Source: Thermoplasmatota archaeon
Lineage (GTDB): Archaea; Thermoplasmatota; Thermoplasmata; UBA10834
Direction of reading: 5' to 3'
Assembly: GCA_040751795.1 (NCBI GenBank)
Contig: JBFMHR010000004.1
Span: forward strand, 64,001 to 128,000
DNA: 64,000 bases
Shown: positions 37,647 to 48,172 of the stretch, one piece after another
Layout of the letters: the number at the start of each line of letters is the position of its first letter
Numbering within the stretch: position 1 is the stretch's first letter
The notes under the pieces: generated by a model
Told to the model about the DNA's origin: nothing
What the model saw: the letters and a program-made list of their open reading frames with translations, nothing else
The model's database searches: none
Translations under genes and position numbers: made by a program

Positions 37647-38606
37647 ATGAAGGCGTCGGCGGTGGCCCACCCCATACAGGGCCTGATCAAGTACCACGGC
37701 CTCAGGGACGAGGTCCTGAGGCTGCCCTATCACGACTCCATCTCCGTCGCCACATCGCCGACCGCCTCGCACACCACCATCGAGTTCGGGGACTTCGGGA
37801 GTGACAGCGCCACCCTGGACTCTCGCGCGCTCGAGGGCAGGGAGCTCGAGAGGGTCGTGTCCGTGGTTGACGAGGTCAGGCGCAGGGCGGGCTCGGAGGC
37901 GAGGTTCCGCATGGCGTCGACCAACAACTTCCCGTCGAACGTGGGCCTGGGCGCCTCCGCGTCGGGGTTCGCCGCGCTCGCGCTGGCTGGCAGCGAGGCC
38001 CTCGGCCTGTGCCTCACGCTGGAGCAGGTCTCCGTAATAGCCAGGAGGGGGGCCGGCTCCGCGACTCGCTCCGTCACCGGCGCCTTCTCCCGCTGGAAGG
38101 CAGGCCACGACGACGAGGAGTCGTACTCCTACCAGATCGCCTCGGAGGAGTTCGAGATGGGGATAGTGGTGGCGCTCGTGCCCGCGTTCAAGTACACCGA
38201 GAGCGCCCACCGGGCCGTGCTGGGGTCCCCGTTCTTCCACTCGCGCCTCGCGTACATCCACGGGGCGCTGGCGGAGATGGAGAGCGCGATAAGGAAGAGG
38301 GACATCGACCGGGTCGGGATGCTGGCCGAGCGCGACTCGCTCATACTCCACGGGATAACAATGACGGGGCTCGACGAGATGATCCTCTGGCGGCCCGAGA
38401 CGGTGAAGGTCATCCTCGAGGTCAGGAGGATGCGCGAGGAGGGCATCCCCGCGTACTTCTCCATAGACACCGGGGCGACCGTCTACGTCAACACGCACCC
38501 GTCGCGGACGGACGAGGTCGAGGAGAGGATCAAGGGGCTGGGCGTCGAGACGCTCCGTTGCGGCGTCGGCGGGTGCGCCACCGTCGTCAGGGAGCACCTC
38601 TTCTAG
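37647..38606 (+). CDS. mvaD: Phosphomevalonate decarboxylase (haloarchaeal MvaD-type, GHMP family)
   Basis: AHPIQGLIKYHG.RD..LRLPYHDSISV, NNFPSNVGLGASASGFAAL, ARRGAGSA.RSV.G, YFSIDTGATVYVN. Confidence 0.85.
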   Translation: MKASAVAHPIQGLIKYHGLRDEVLRLPYHDSISVATSPTASHTTIEFGDFGSDSATLDSRALEGRELERVVSVVDEVRRRAGSEARFRMASTNNFPSNVGLGASASGFAALALAGSEALGLCLTLEQVSVIARRGAGSATRSVTGAFSRWKAGHDDEESYSYQIASEEFEMGIVVALVPAFKYTESAHRAVLGSPFFHSRLAYIHGALAEMESAIRKRDIDRVGMLAERDSLILHGITMTGLDEMILWRPETVKVILEVRRMREEGIPAYFSIDTGATVYVNTHPSRTDEVEERIKGLGVETLRCGVGGCATVVREHLF

Positions 38607-39350
38607 TCACTTGCCGTCCGCGCCCTGGAGGTCGATAGCCTCTCCGAGGGAGAGTTCCCCGAGGGCCACCCTGGCCGCGAGGTCCTTCGAGACGGTCAGC
38701 CGCCCGTTGCTCTCGAGCCTGCTGAGCCTCTGGATGTTGCGCAGCTCTCCGTCGCACGGCTGGACCGGCTGCTTCTTGACGGGCTTGTACCCGGGCGTCA
38801 TCGCTATCTCCACGGCTGCGTCCTCGTCGGGCGTCTCCGATCTGGTCGTGGTGTTGTGCTCGTCGACTATCTCGAGCCTCCGCCCGTCGTCCCAAAGCCT
38901 GTTGAATATCCTGTTCCGGTTGGTCCTGTCCCCGTTGCCGATCCTGACCAGGAGGTTCGTGCAGGGGTAGTCCCTGGCCATCCGGTCCACGATGTCGCCC
39001 ACGCCCTCCGGCGAAGGCGCGACGGCCCTGGTGAGCACGACCCCGTCCCCCACGGCGGCGACCCCTGGCCTGTGGCCCGGGTCGACCCCTATGCACAGGC
39101 TCTTCACCGCGGCGCTCCCGGCGAGCTCCTTGACCGCCCTGGTGACGGCTGCGTCCGGGTCCGCGTCGGAAACGACGCGGTCGAAGGGCACCATCGGCGC
39201 CTCCGCGTCCGTGGTGATCACGACCCCCACGTGCGCGGGGACCGCCTCCCCGAACTCCAGCGAGACGAACCCGAGTCCCCGCTCCCTGAGGACCTCGAGC
39301 GTCTCGAAATAGGTCCTCGAGTCCTCGGTCAGGAGCCCTATGCGTTTCAT
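38607..39350 (-). CDS. Conserved archaeal protein with RNase H-like (YqgF-type) motif
   Basis: IGVDPG.RPGVA, VRIGNG, IVDE..TT, D..AA..IA. Confidence 0.65.
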   Translation of the reverse strand: MKRIGLLTEDSRTYFETLEVLRERGLGFVSLEFGEAVPAHVGVVITTDAEAPMVPFDRVVSDADPDAAVTRAVKELAGSAAVKSLCIGVDPGHRPGVAAVGDGVVLTRAVAPSPEGVGDIVDRMARDYPCTNLLVRIGNGDRTNRNRIFNRLWDDGRRLEIVDEHNTTTRSETPDEDAAVEIAMTPGYKPVKKQPVQPCDGELRNIQRLSRLESNGRLTVSKDLAARVALGELSLGEAIDLQGADGK

Positions 39351-39393
39351 CCAGTGGTGATTTGGGGGCGTCGGGATAAATATGTTCCGCTGC

Positions 39394-40551
39394 TCAGCCC
39401 TTCCCGAACCTGCTGAACACGGACTTCCTCTTGGCGCCGCTGCCGTAGTCGCCCAGGGACTCCCCCAGCTTCTTCAGCATCGCCCTCTGCTCCGAAGTGA
39501 GCTTCGTGGGCGTGACCACCGTGACCTTGACGAACTGGTCCCCGTTCCCGTAGCCCCTGAGGTCGGGCATCCCCTTCCCCTTGAGCCTGAGCACCGTGCC
39601 GGTCTGGGTCCCGGGCGGCACTGTCACCCTGGCGGTCCCGCCCAGCGTGGGCACGTCCACCTCCGCCCCGAGGGCCGCCTGCGCGAAGGTCACGGGCGCC
39701 TCCACCCAGAGGTCCTTGCCGTCCCGGTCGAATACCGGGTGGTCCTCGATGTGCACGACGATGTAGAGGTCCCCAGGAGGCCCTCCGTTCGGCCCGGCCT
39801 CCCCGGCGCCCCTTATCCTGAGCCTCATCCCCTCCTCGGCCCCCTTGGGCACGGAGACCTTGAGGGTCGAGGTGGTCTGGACGGACCCGGCCCCGCCGCA
39901 GTCGGCGCAGGGCTTGGTCACCTGCCTCCCCTGCCCCCTGCAGGTCGGGCATGCTGATATCGTGACGAACTGGGTGTAGCCGCGCTTCTGCCCCCTCTGG
40001 ACCTGGCCCGTGCCCTTGCACGTGGCGCAGGTCTTGATGTCGGCCTGCTTCGCCCCGAGGCCCCCGCAGGTCTTGCAGGCGACGCTGTGCGGAACGCGGA
40101 TGTCCCTCTCGATCCCGGCGGCCGCGTCCTCGAGGCCGACCTCGATGTCGTACCGGAGGGACCTCCCCTCCTGGGGGCCCGTCCTCCTGGCGCCGCCCCC
40201 GAAGAACTGCTCGAATATGCTCCCGCCGAAGCCGCCGCCCTCGGACCCGCCGAAGATGTCGGATATGTCGCCGAAGTGGGTGAAGTCGGACCAGTCGAAC
40301 CCGCCGCTCCTGAAGGTGCTCTGGACGCCCTCGTGGCCGAACTGGTCGTAGCGGGCCTTCTTCTCCTCGTCGGCGAGCACCTCGTAGGCCTCCGAGAGCT
40401 CCTTGAACTTCTCCTCGGACTCCTTGGCCTTGTCCTTGTTCATGTCCGGGTGGTACTTCATGGCGAGCTTGCGGTAGGCCTTCTTGATGTCGTCCATCGA
40501 CGCAGTCCTCGGGACGCCCAGTATCTCGTAGTAGTCTCTCTTAGCGGCCAT
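39394..40551 (-). CDS. dnaJ: Chaperone DnaJ
   Basis: [13 protein letters not shown], four CxxCxGxG repeats. Confidence 0.97.
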   Translation of the reverse strand: MAAKRDYYEILGVPRTASMDDIKKAYRKLAMKYHPDMNKDKAKESEEKFKELSEAYEVLADEEKKARYDQFGHEGVQSTFRSGGFDWSDFTHFGDISDIFGGSEGGGFGGSIFEQFFGGGARRTGPQEGRSLRYDIEVGLEDAAAGIERDIRVPHSVACKTCGGLGAKQADIKTCATCKGTGQVQRGQKRGYTQFVTISACPTCRGQGRQVTKPCADCGGAGSVQTTSTLKVSVPKGAEEGMRLRIRGAGEAGPNGGPPGDLYIVVHIEDHPVFDRDGKDLWVEAPVTFAQAALGAEVDVPTLGGTARVTVPPGTQTGTVLRLKGKGMPDLRGYGNGDQFVKVTVVTPTKLTSEQRAMLKKLGESLGDYGSGAKRKSVFSRFGKG

Positions 40552-40628
40552 CTGAAGTCTCCCGGTGACACGTGACGCGTGTCAGGCAAAGGTAATGGGT
40601 AAAGGGTGAAAGAGGTTTCGGAGGGTTC

Positions 40629-42509
40629 TCACTTCTTCTCGTCGTCGACGATTTTGTACTCGGCGTCCACGAAGCCGCCGTCCCCCTCGGGGGGCGTCTG
40701 CCCCTCGCCGGGCGGCGGCGCCTGCTGGGACTGCTGGGCCTGTTGCTGCTGGGCGGCCTCGTAGACCCTCTTGCCGACCTCGAGCAGGGCCTTCTCGAGC
40801 TCGTCGAGCTTCTGCTTGATCAGCGCGGGGTCGTCGGAGGGCACCGCGGCCTTCAGCTCCTCGGCCAGCTTCGTCAGCCTCTCCTTCAGGTCAGGGGCGA
40901 TCTTGTCCCCCATCTCCTCGATGATGTGGCCGACCTCGTAGGCCCTTTGCTCGGCGCGGTTCTTGAGCTCCGCCTTCTCCTTCCTCTTCTTGTCCTCGTC
41001 GGCGAACTTCTCGGCGTCCTTCACCATCCGTTCGACGTCGTCCTTGCCGAGCTTCGTCGTCGCGGTGATGGTTATCTTCTGCTCCTTGCCCGTGCCGAGG
41101 TCCTTCGCCTTGACGTCGATTATGCCGTTTGCGTCGATGTCGAAGGTGACCTCGACCTGGGGGATCCCCCTCGGGGCTGGCGGGATGCCGATGAGGTGGA
41201 ACCTGCCGAGGGTCACGTTGTCCGAGGCCATGGGCCTCTCGCCCTGGAGGACGTGTATCTCCACGCTGGTCTGGCCGTCCGCGGCGGTCGTGAATGTCTC
41301 GCTCTTCCGTGTCGGGATGGTGGTGTTCCTCTCTATGAGCTTGTGGAACACGCTGCCCATGGTCTCGACTCCTAGTGACAGCGGCGTCACGTCCAGCAGC
41401 AGTATGTCCTTGACCGTGCCCTCTATTACGCCCCCCTGGATGGCCGCGCCCATGGCGACGCACTCCATCGGGTCGACGCCGCGAACGATCTTCGGGCCCA
41501 CTATGCCCTCGACGAACCGCTGGACGATCGGCATCCGCGTCGGCCCTCCGACGAGGATGACCTTGTCGATGTTATCCGTGGACAGCTTGCCGTCCTGGAT
41601 GGCCTGCATCATCGGCCCCCTGCACCGCTCCACCACCGGCTTGATGAGCTCTTCGAGGTTCGCCCTCGTCAGCTTCATGGCGAGGTGCCGCGGTCCGGCC
41701 GAGTCGGCGCTCAGGTACGGGAGGTTGATCTCGGTCTCAAGGGTCGAGGAGAGCTCTATCTTGGCCTTCTCGACCGCCTCGCGGACCCTCTGGACGGCCA
41801 TCTTGTCCTTGGATATGTCTATGCCCGTGTCGGCCTTGAACTCCTTCGAGACGTGCTCCAGGAGCACGTTGTCCATGTCTGTCCCGCCCAGCTGCGTGTC
41901 GCCGCTGGTGGATATGACCTCGAAGACGCCCTGGCCGAACTCCATGATGGTCACGTCGAGCGTGCCGCCGCCGAGGTCGAAGACGAGTACCTTGTGCTCG
42001 CTCTCGGACTTGTCCAGGCCGTAGGCGAGGGCGGCCGCCGTCGGCTCGTTGATGATCCTGACGACCTCGAGCCCGGCGATGGTGCCCGCGTCCTTGGTCG
42101 CCTGCCTCTGGTTGTCGTTGAAGTAGGCGGGCACCGTGATGACCGCCTTCTCGACCTTCGTGCCCAGATAGGCTTCGGCATCCCTCTTTATCTTCTGGAG
42201 GATGAACGCGGAGACCTGCTGCGGCGTGTATTCCTTGCCGTGGATCCTGACCTTGTAGTCCGAGCCCATCTTCCTCTTGATTGCCATCACGGTCCCTTCC
42301 GGGTTCGAGACCGCCTGGCGTCTGGCAGGCTCCCCGACGAGCATCTGCCCGTCCTTCGTGAACGCGACGTACGATGGGAATGCCTTGCCTCCCAGGCTCG
42401 TGCCCTCAGCGCTCGGTATTATCGTGGGCCTGCCGCCCTCGACGACCGCGGCCGCCGAGTTGCTCGTGCCGAGGTCGATTCCTATCACTTTTCCCTTCGA
42501 TTCTGCCAT
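40629..42509 (-). CDS. dnaK: Chaperone DnaK (Hsp70)
   Basis: [42 protein letters not shown]. Confidence 0.98.
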   Translation of the reverse strand: MAESKGKVIGIDLGTSNSAAAVVEGGRPTIIPSAEGTSLGGKAFPSYVAFTKDGQMLVGEPARRQAVSNPEGTVMAIKRKMGSDYKVRIHGKEYTPQQVSAFILQKIKRDAEAYLGTKVEKAVITVPAYFNDNQRQATKDAGTIAGLEVVRIINEPTAAALAYGLDKSESEHKVLVFDLGGGTLDVTIMEFGQGVFEVISTSGDTQLGGTDMDNVLLEHVSKEFKADTGIDISKDKMAVQRVREAVEKAKIELSSTLETEINLPYLSADSAGPRHLAMKLTRANLEELIKPVVERCRGPMMQAIQDGKLSTDNIDKVILVGGPTRMPIVQRFVEGIVGPKIVRGVDPMECVAMGAAIQGGVIEGTVKDILLLDVTPLSLGVETMGSVFHKLIERNTTIPTRKSETFTTAADGQTSVEIHVLQGERPMASDNVTLGRFHLIGIPPAPRGIPQVEVTFDIDANGIIDVKAKDLGTGKEQKITITATTKLGKDDVERMVKDAEKFADEDKKRKEKAELKNRAEQRAYEVGHIIEEMGDKIAPDLKERLTKLAEELKAAVPSDDPALIKQKLDELEKALLEVGKRVYEAAQQQQAQQSQQAPPPGEGQTPPEGDGGFVDAEYKIVDDEKK

Positions 42510-42512
42510 TCT

Positions 42513-43088
42513 TCACTCACCTCTGTCGTCTGGTTGTGACTCCTGTGTATCGTGAACCTCTTCGGCCTCCCTCCTCTTGGAGACCTTCACCTTCGCCGTG
42601 CGTATGACCTTCGGGCCGATCGCGTACCCCTTCTGGTACACCTCCAGTATCGCCCCGTCCTCACCGCCGTCGCGCTCCTCCCGCATCATGGCCTCGTGTT
42701 CGAAGGGATCGAACCTCCCTTCGGTCCTGACCTCCCTGAGTCCCTGCCTGCGAAGGGCCTGGATGAGCTGCCGGTGTATGCCCTGGAGCCCCTTCAGCAG
42801 CGGTTCGGGATACCCGTTCTTCCCCGCGTCCTCTAGGGCCTTGTCGAATGTGTCCACGACCGCGAGGAGGTCCCGCACGACGTCCTCCGCGCCGGCTCTG
42901 GTCCGTTCCGCCCCCTCCTTCGCGGCGCGTTTCTTGTAGTTCTCGAACTCCGCCTGGAGGCGCTTGAGGTCGTCCGTGAGCTCCTCTATCCTCCTGTCCC
43001 TCTCCGCGAACGGGTCCGGGGGAGGGACCTCCTTCGCATCCTGTTCCTTCTCGGGCGTCAAGGCCTCGCCCGCGTCCTCGTCAGCCAT
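42513..43088 (-). CDS. grpE: Nucleotide exchange factor GrpE
   Basis: RLQAEFENYKKR, FDPFEHEAM, QKGY....VIR.AKVKV. Confidence 0.95.
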   Translation of the reverse strand: MADEDAGEALTPEKEQDAKEVPPPDPFAERDRRIEELTDDLKRLQAEFENYKKRAAKEGAERTRAGAEDVVRDLLAVVDTFDKALEDAGKNGYPEPLLKGLQGIHRQLIQALRRQGLREVRTEGRFDPFEHEAMMREERDGGEDGAILEVYQKGYAIGPKVIRTAKVKVSKRREAEEVHDTQESQPDDRGE

Positions 43089-43108
43089 GGCTCGCAGCCT
43101 CCAGCGGG

Positions 43109-43133
43109 GACGCGGGCGCGTTGAGCCCGCGTC
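43109..43133. terminator. GC-rich hairpin between thermosome and grpE (possible attenuator/processing stem)
   Basis: GACGCGGGC-N7-GCCCGCGTC perfect 9-bp inverted repeat, preceded on the mRNA by a C/U-rich tract. Confidence 0.4.
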
Positions 43134-43175
43134 TCGAACTTGAGGGGTTTGGGTTAAGGGGTTTGGGGATGGACC

Positions 43176-44810
43176 TCAGTCCATGTCTCCCATGTCGCCG
43201 CCGGGCCCGCCGCCCGGTGGGCCCTTCGGGGCGCCGCCCTTGGACGCTATGACGTCGTCGATCCTGAGGATCATGACGGCCGCGTCCGTCGCGGAGCTGA
43301 TGGCCTGCCTTCCGACCCTGATTGGTTCGAGGACCTTCTCCTTCCTCATGTCGGCGATCTTGCCGGTGAAGACGTTCACGCCGGCGGTCTTCTTGCCCGC
43401 CTTGTGCGCCTGCCTCAGCTCAATCAGGATGTCGATCGGGTCCAGTCCGGCGTTCTCCGCCAGCGCTGTGGGTATGACCTCGAGGGCCGACGCGAACGCG
43501 TCTATGGCGATCTGCTCCCTGCCGCCGACCGACGCCGCGTAGTCCCTCAGCCTGAGGGCCAACTCGGTGGCTGCGGAGCCGCCGCCCGTGACCAGCTTCC
43601 CGTCCTCGAAGGCGACCGCGACGACGCTGATGGCGTCGTTCAGGGACCTGTCGATCTCGTCCACGACGTGCTCGGTGCCGCCCCTGATGAGTATGGACAC
43701 GGCCTTCGGGTTCTTGCAGCCCGTGACGAAGGTCATCCTGTCGTCCGCGATCTTCTTCTCTTCGACGAGCTTCGCCTCGCCGAGGTCGTCGGCCTTCAGG
43801 TCGTCCAGCTTCGTGACGAGGTTGGCGCCCGTGGCCTTCGCGAGCTTCTCCATGTCGCTCTTCTTGACCCTGCGCACGGCATATATCCCTGCCTTGGACA
43901 GGTAGTGCTGGGCGAGGTCGTCGATGCCCTTCTGGCAGAAGAGGACGGTCGCGCCCGACTTCTTGACGGTCTCGACCATCTTCTTGAGCATGTTCTCCTC
44001 CTCATCGAGGAACGCGTGCAGCTGGCTCGGGTCCGTGATCTCGATCTTCGCGTCGATCTCGGTCTTCTTGACCTCGAGCGCGGAATCGACGAGTGCGACC
44101 TTGGCCTTCTCGACCTTCTTCGGCATCGCCGGGTGCACTGCCTCCTTGTCGACTATGATCCCGGAGATCATCGTGGTGTCGTCCATCGAGCCGCCCTGCT
44201 TCTTGACGACCTGGATGTTGTCCTCGTCGACGACCCACTTCCCGCCCTCCTTCTTCTCCGCCACGGCGGAGATGGCGTCCACCGCCACCTTGGCCAGGAG
44301 CTCCCTGGAGGCTGCGACGCTCTTCGATATCATCGCGGTCTTCGCGATGTCCATGAGTGTGTCCTTGTCGTCCGGGGAGACGCCGATGGCGACCTCCTCG
44401 AGGTACTCCCTGGCCTTGTTGGCCGCGAGCCTGTAGCCGCCCGATATGACGGTCGGGTGGACGTTCTGCTCGATCAGCCCCTCGGCCTTCTTCAGCAGCT
44501 CACCTGTGAGGACGACTGCGGTCGTCGTCCCGTCGCCGCACTCCTCGTCCTGGGTCTTGGCGACCTCGACGATCATCTTGGCCGCCGGGTGCTCGACGTC
44601 GATCTCCTTCAGTATGGTCACACCGTCGTTGGTGATGACCACGTCGCCCATGCTGTCGACGAGCATCTTGTCCATGCCCCTCGGGCCCAAGGTGCTCCTG
44701 ACCGCATCGGCTATGGCCCTGGCGGCAGTGATGTTGTTGAACTGCGCGCCCTTGCCCTTGTCTCTCTTCGTTCCCTCCTTCAGTATAAGAACGGGTGTTT
44801 GGCCTATCAT
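43176..44810 (-). CDS. ths: Thermosome (group II chaperonin) subunit
   Basis: [38 protein letters not shown]-like tail. Confidence 0.97.
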   Translation of the reverse strand: MIGQTPVLILKEGTKRDKGKGAQFNNITAARAIADAVRSTLGPRGMDKMLVDSMGDVVITNDGVTILKEIDVEHPAAKMIVEVAKTQDEECGDGTTTAVVLTGELLKKAEGLIEQNVHPTVISGGYRLAANKAREYLEEVAIGVSPDDKDTLMDIAKTAMISKSVAASRELLAKVAVDAISAVAEKKEGGKWVVDEDNIQVVKKQGGSMDDTTMISGIIVDKEAVHPAMPKKVEKAKVALVDSALEVKKTEIDAKIEITDPSQLHAFLDEEENMLKKMVETVKKSGATVLFCQKGIDDLAQHYLSKAGIYAVRRVKKSDMEKLAKATGANLVTKLDDLKADDLGEAKLVEEKKIADDRMTFVTGCKNPKAVSILIRGGTEHVVDEIDRSLNDAISVVAVAFEDGKLVTGGGSAATELALRLRDYAASVGGREQIAIDAFASALEVIPTALAENAGLDPIDILIELRQAHKAGKKTAGVNVFTGKIADMRKEKVLEPIRVGRQAISSATDAAVMILRIDDVIASKGGAPKGPPGGGPGGDMGDMD

Positions 44811-45008
44811 TTCATACCTCCCAACTCTATCTGGACACGACTGTCCTTCGCCCTTCCTTTCACGGGTCGGGGCCCGTATATGTTAGTGCTTCTATATAAC
44901 TGTTATCGTGGCCTGATACGGCGCGGCCCCCGCCCCATAGCGGCCCCCGGGCACACCGTCACGGGGCACGGATATATCTAGGTGCTAGCCTTTCTGCGCC
45001 CCCTTGCT

Positions 45009-45614
45009 ATGAGGATCATCCCGCACCTCTCCCTGAGGGGGAGGACAGTTCTCCGACGCGCATACCCGCGCGCGGAGTGGGAGGAGCTGATCTCCCGCAT
45101 CTCGGCCGAGAACGAGATGCTATACGTCTCCGACGAGGACGGCATTGAGCGCAACAAGCCGCAGCTCGACCTCGCGAGGGAGATCTGCGACGAGGTCCCG
45201 ACGATGTACGAGGCGGGCGTGAGGCACGGGCAGAACGTCATCGACGTGATAATCGCGGGCGCGGAGAAGGCCGTCGTGGGGACGGCGACCCTCGCGGACC
45301 TCGACGAGCTGAGGACAGCATTTAAGTTGTCCGAGAACATTATACTAAAAGCGGACTACCGGGATGGGATACTAGGTTCTGACCCCTCGCTTGGTGGCAG
45401 AGCCTTCCTCGACCTCTCGCGGGACGTGCTGGACATAGGGATCGGCGAGATGGTCGTCCCTCTTCCACTGGCCTCGGAGGCGGCGCGGGCGAAGGAGGAG
45501 CACGGTTTCGTCCTCGGGGTGTTCGCGCCCAAGGCCGAGCAGTCCAGGATGGCGGACCTCGGCTTCGACTACATGGTAACGGAAGACCTCGGGAGCATCG
45601 ACGACGATGAGTGA
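45009..45614 (+). CDS. HisA/HisF-like TIM-barrel protein (divergent)
   Basis: YEAGVR....IDVIIAGAEKAVVGTA resembles the HisA phosphate-binding region. Confidence 0.6.
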   Translation: MRIIPHLSLRGRTVLRRAYPRAEWEELISRISAENEMLYVSDEDGIERNKPQLDLAREICDEVPTMYEAGVRHGQNVIDVIIAGAEKAVVGTATLADLDELRTAFKLSENIILKADYRDGILGSDPSLGGRAFLDLSRDVLDIGIGEMVVPLPLASEAARAKEEHGFVLGVFAPKAEQSRMADLGFDYMVTEDLGSIDDDE

Positions 45615-46092
45615 ACTTCAGAAGAGCATCGCAGTCCTTTACAGGAGCAAGGGGAAGGAGGAGCTCTCCGAGAAGGAGTTCGTCTTCTCGGCGTCCATGG
45701 ACCTGAGGTGGTTCTCGCCGAAGGAGGCACAGAGGCTCATGGAGGCGGGCATCTCGGGCGGGTACCTCGAGAGGAGGGACGGGAGGCTCGTCCCGACGTT
45801 CGACTTCTCCGGCGTCAGCGTCCCGGTGGACTACAGGCCCCCGAAGGAGGCCCTGGACGAGGTCTCGAGGAAGAACGCGGACCTGTTCACGGAGATCGTC
45901 GAGGCCATAGTCAAGGCGAGGTCCGTCCCCAAGCGCGAGGTCGTCTCGAGGGTGAACAGGGAGCAGGAGATGCTCGGGATAGACATAGAGCCCGCGGCCC
46001 TGCTCGTGGCGTCCACCTACGGCATCCAGATGGACATCGACTACCTCCAGCGCGCGGAGTCCGCGGTGCTCGGAAGGGACGTCGTAAGGTGA
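45607..46092 (+). CDS. DUF2240 family protein
   Basis: LSEKEFVFSASMDLRWFSP.EA..L...G.L......L.PTFD. Confidence 0.8.
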   Translation: MSELQKSIAVLYRSKGKEELSEKEFVFSASMDLRWFSPKEAQRLMEAGISGGYLERRDGRLVPTFDFSGVSVPVDYRPPKEALDEVSRKNADLFTEIVEAIVKARSVPKREVVSRVNREQEMLGIDIEPAALLVASTYGIQMDIDYLQRAESAVLGRDVVR

Positions 46093-46107
46093 GCCAGGCC
46101 CGTCCGG

Positions 46108-46596
46108 CTACTTCTCCATCTTGATCAGGTCCGCCAGGGTCAGCGCCCTCGGGCCCGACTCCTTGGCTGCCACGACGGCCGAGACCTTCTCCTTGAGGAC
46201 TATCCCCAGCTCCTTCTGCAGCTTCGAGATGAGCTTCTCGTCCGGCCTCATGTCCCCGGTCTCTATCTTGCTGAGCACCGTGACCCTCTCGTTGATCCTC
46301 GCGGCGAGGTCCTTCTGCGTCATCCCCCGCCTCTGCCTCGCGTCGCGGATCCTCGCGGCGAAGTCGTCGACGAGCTCCATCGACTCCTGCCCCGTGTAGA
46401 TGTCCCGGGGCTTCGCCCTCTTCTCCCGGACCTCGAGCCTCTGAGTGATGATCGGCTTCGGGCCCTCCTCCTTGGGCTGCTCTTTCCGGGCCTCCATGCC
46501 GAATTTTGCGCATTCGGCGCATACTTCAAGATGCACGCCCTCGATGGTCACTTTCTTGCAGAAAGTGACGTCCTTCCCGCACATCTCGCACAGCAT
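46108..46596 (-). CDS. mbf1: Archaeal multiprotein bridging factor 1 (Zn-ribbon plus HTH)
   Basis: MLCEMCG...IEG..LEVC..CAKFG, ELVDDF..RIR.AR...GMTQ.DLA, TLADLIK. Confidence 0.92.
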   Translation of the reverse strand: MLCEMCGKDVTFCKKVTIEGVHLEVCAECAKFGMEARKEQPKEEGPKPIITQRLEVREKRAKPRDIYTGQESMELVDDFAARIRDARQRRGMTQKDLAARINERVTVLSKIETGDMRPDEKLISKLQKELGIVLKEKVSAVVAAKESGPRALTLADLIKMEK

Positions 46597-46696
46597 CAAA
46601 ACCACATCGTTGGACGGAACCAGCAAAGGATAAATAGAGTATTTAACCTTATTACATTCGGAGTACTGAATAAACACTGGAACGGGGTGCACGGAG

Positions 46697-47905
46697 TTGT
46701 CGCAGGACCAATCCGCAGAGATGTTCGAGGAGATACAGAGGAGGATCTCGGTCCTCGAGGAGAGGAACCTCGAGCTGGTCGAGGAGGCCCGCCGGTCCGA
46801 GGGCGAGAAGCGGTTCGTCGAGGGCGAGCTGATAAGGCTGCAGAAGGAGCTCAAGAGGCTCAAGGCCGAGCTCGAGAGGCTCAAAACGCCCCCGCTCATC
46901 ATAGGGCAGATCAAGGACATACTCGCCGACGGCAGGGTCGTCGTCAAGAGCTCGACGGGCCCGGACTTCGTCGTCAGCACGTCCGACTACGTCTCGCCAG
47001 AGCTGCTCGTCGCGGGTGCGCGCGTGGCGCTCAACAAGCAGACCCTCGCGGTCATGGGCGTCCTGCCCCCGTCGCTGGACCCGGTCGTGGTCGGGGCGGA
47101 GATCATCACCAAGCCCGAGACCTCCTACGAGGAGATAGGCGGCCTCGAGGAGCAAATCGTCGAGATACGCGAGGCGGTAGAGGACCCGCTGCTCAGGCCC
47201 GAGCTGTACAAGAAGGTCGGCATCGACCCGCCGAAGGGGGTCCTGCTGGTGGGCCCGCCGGGCACGGGGAAGACCCTGCTCGCCAAGGCGGTCGCCAAGC
47301 AGACCAACGCCACGTTCATCAGGTTCGTCGGCTCAGAGCTGGTGCAGAAGTACATCGGCGAGGGCGCGAGGCTCGTCAGGGAGCTCTTCGACCTCGCGAG
47401 GCAGAAGGCCCCGTCGATAGTGTTCATCGACGAGCTGGACAGCGTCGGCGCCAAGAGGCTCGAGCTCGCCACCTCCGGGGACAGGGAGGTCCAGCGCACG
47501 CTCATGCAGCTCCTGGCCGAGCTCGACGGGTTCAACCCGCTGGGCGAGGTCAAGATCATAGGCGCCACGAACAGGCCCGACATACTCGACGAGGCCCTGC
47601 TCAGGCCGGGCAGGTTCGACAGGATCATCGAGATACCGGTGCCGAACCACGAGGCCCGCCACGACATATTCGCGATACACAGCAAGCGCATGAACCTGGA
47701 CGAGACGGTGAACTTCGAGGAGCTCGCCTCCAAGTCGGACGGGGCCACGGGGGCCGACATCAAGGCCGTGTGCACCGAGGCGGGCATGTTCGCCATCCGC
47801 GAGAACAGGGACATAGTCAGCATGGTCGACTTCGAGAAGGCCATCGCCAAGGTGCTCGACGAGGGCGTCCAGAAGGCGATGGAGTCGGGCCCGATGTTCG
47901 CCTGA
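46697..47905 (+). CDS. pan: Proteasome-activating nucleotidase
   Basis: N-terminal coiled coil, KSSTGP.FVV OB domain, [37 protein letters not shown]-terminal MFA (HbYX-like). Confidence 0.96.
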   Translation: MSQDQSAEMFEEIQRRISVLEERNLELVEEARRSEGEKRFVEGELIRLQKELKRLKAELERLKTPPLIIGQIKDILADGRVVVKSSTGPDFVVSTSDYVSPELLVAGARVALNKQTLAVMGVLPPSLDPVVVGAEIITKPETSYEEIGGLEEQIVEIREAVEDPLLRPELYKKVGIDPPKGVLLVGPPGTGKTLLAKAVAKQTNATFIRFVGSELVQKYIGEGARLVRELFDLARQKAPSIVFIDELDSVGAKRLELATSGDREVQRTLMQLLAELDGFNPLGEVKIIGATNRPDILDEALLRPGRFDRIIEIPVPNHEARHDIFAIHSKRMNLDETVNFEELASKSDGATGADIKAVCTEAGMFAIRENRDIVSMVDFEKAIAKVLDEGVQKAMESGPMFA

Positions 47906-47930
47906 GGGCAGGCGGGGACCGGGTGCGGGC

Positions 47931-48089
47931 TCACCCGCCCGCGCCCTCCTCCAGGTCCTTCTCGACCACGAAGGCGCCTATGTAGCCGCACTTCTTGCAG
48001 TGGTACTTGTACCCCGTGATGAGCGCGGCCTCGTAGTAGAGGTCGGCCGAGCCGCACTGGGGGCACGTGAGGACCCGCCTAGGCCCCAT
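47931..48089 (-). CDS. Small zinc-ribbon protein
   Basis: CPQCGS.DLYY...G.KYHCKKCGY.G.FVVE. Confidence 0.75.
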   Translation of the reverse strand: MGPRRVLTCPQCGSADLYYEAALITGYKYHCKKCGYIGAFVVEKDLEEGAGG

Positions 48090-48172
48090 CTTCCTCCGGC
48101 GCCGCGAGAACATAGATATCGTCCAGCGCCATTCACCGTCCTGCGCCATACTAAATGGCTTCGGTGATCTCC

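Noticed and set aside
44881-44906. CIRCE/heat-shock operator upstream of thermosome (TTAGTGC; ATAAC-T-GTTAT palindrome)
   Set aside because: Does not match TTAGCACTC-N9-GAGTGCTAA, there is no hrcA in the window, and the 5-bp palindrome overlaps the TATA region and may be chance
47931-48089. Zn-ribbon protein next to PAN ends in ...EEGAGG, suggesting a second Ubl-like modifier or an E3
   Set aside because: It is a 52-aa C4 zinc ribbon, not a beta-grasp or RING; a terminal GG arises easily by chance in a GC-rich genome, and the gene is convergent with pan, not operonic
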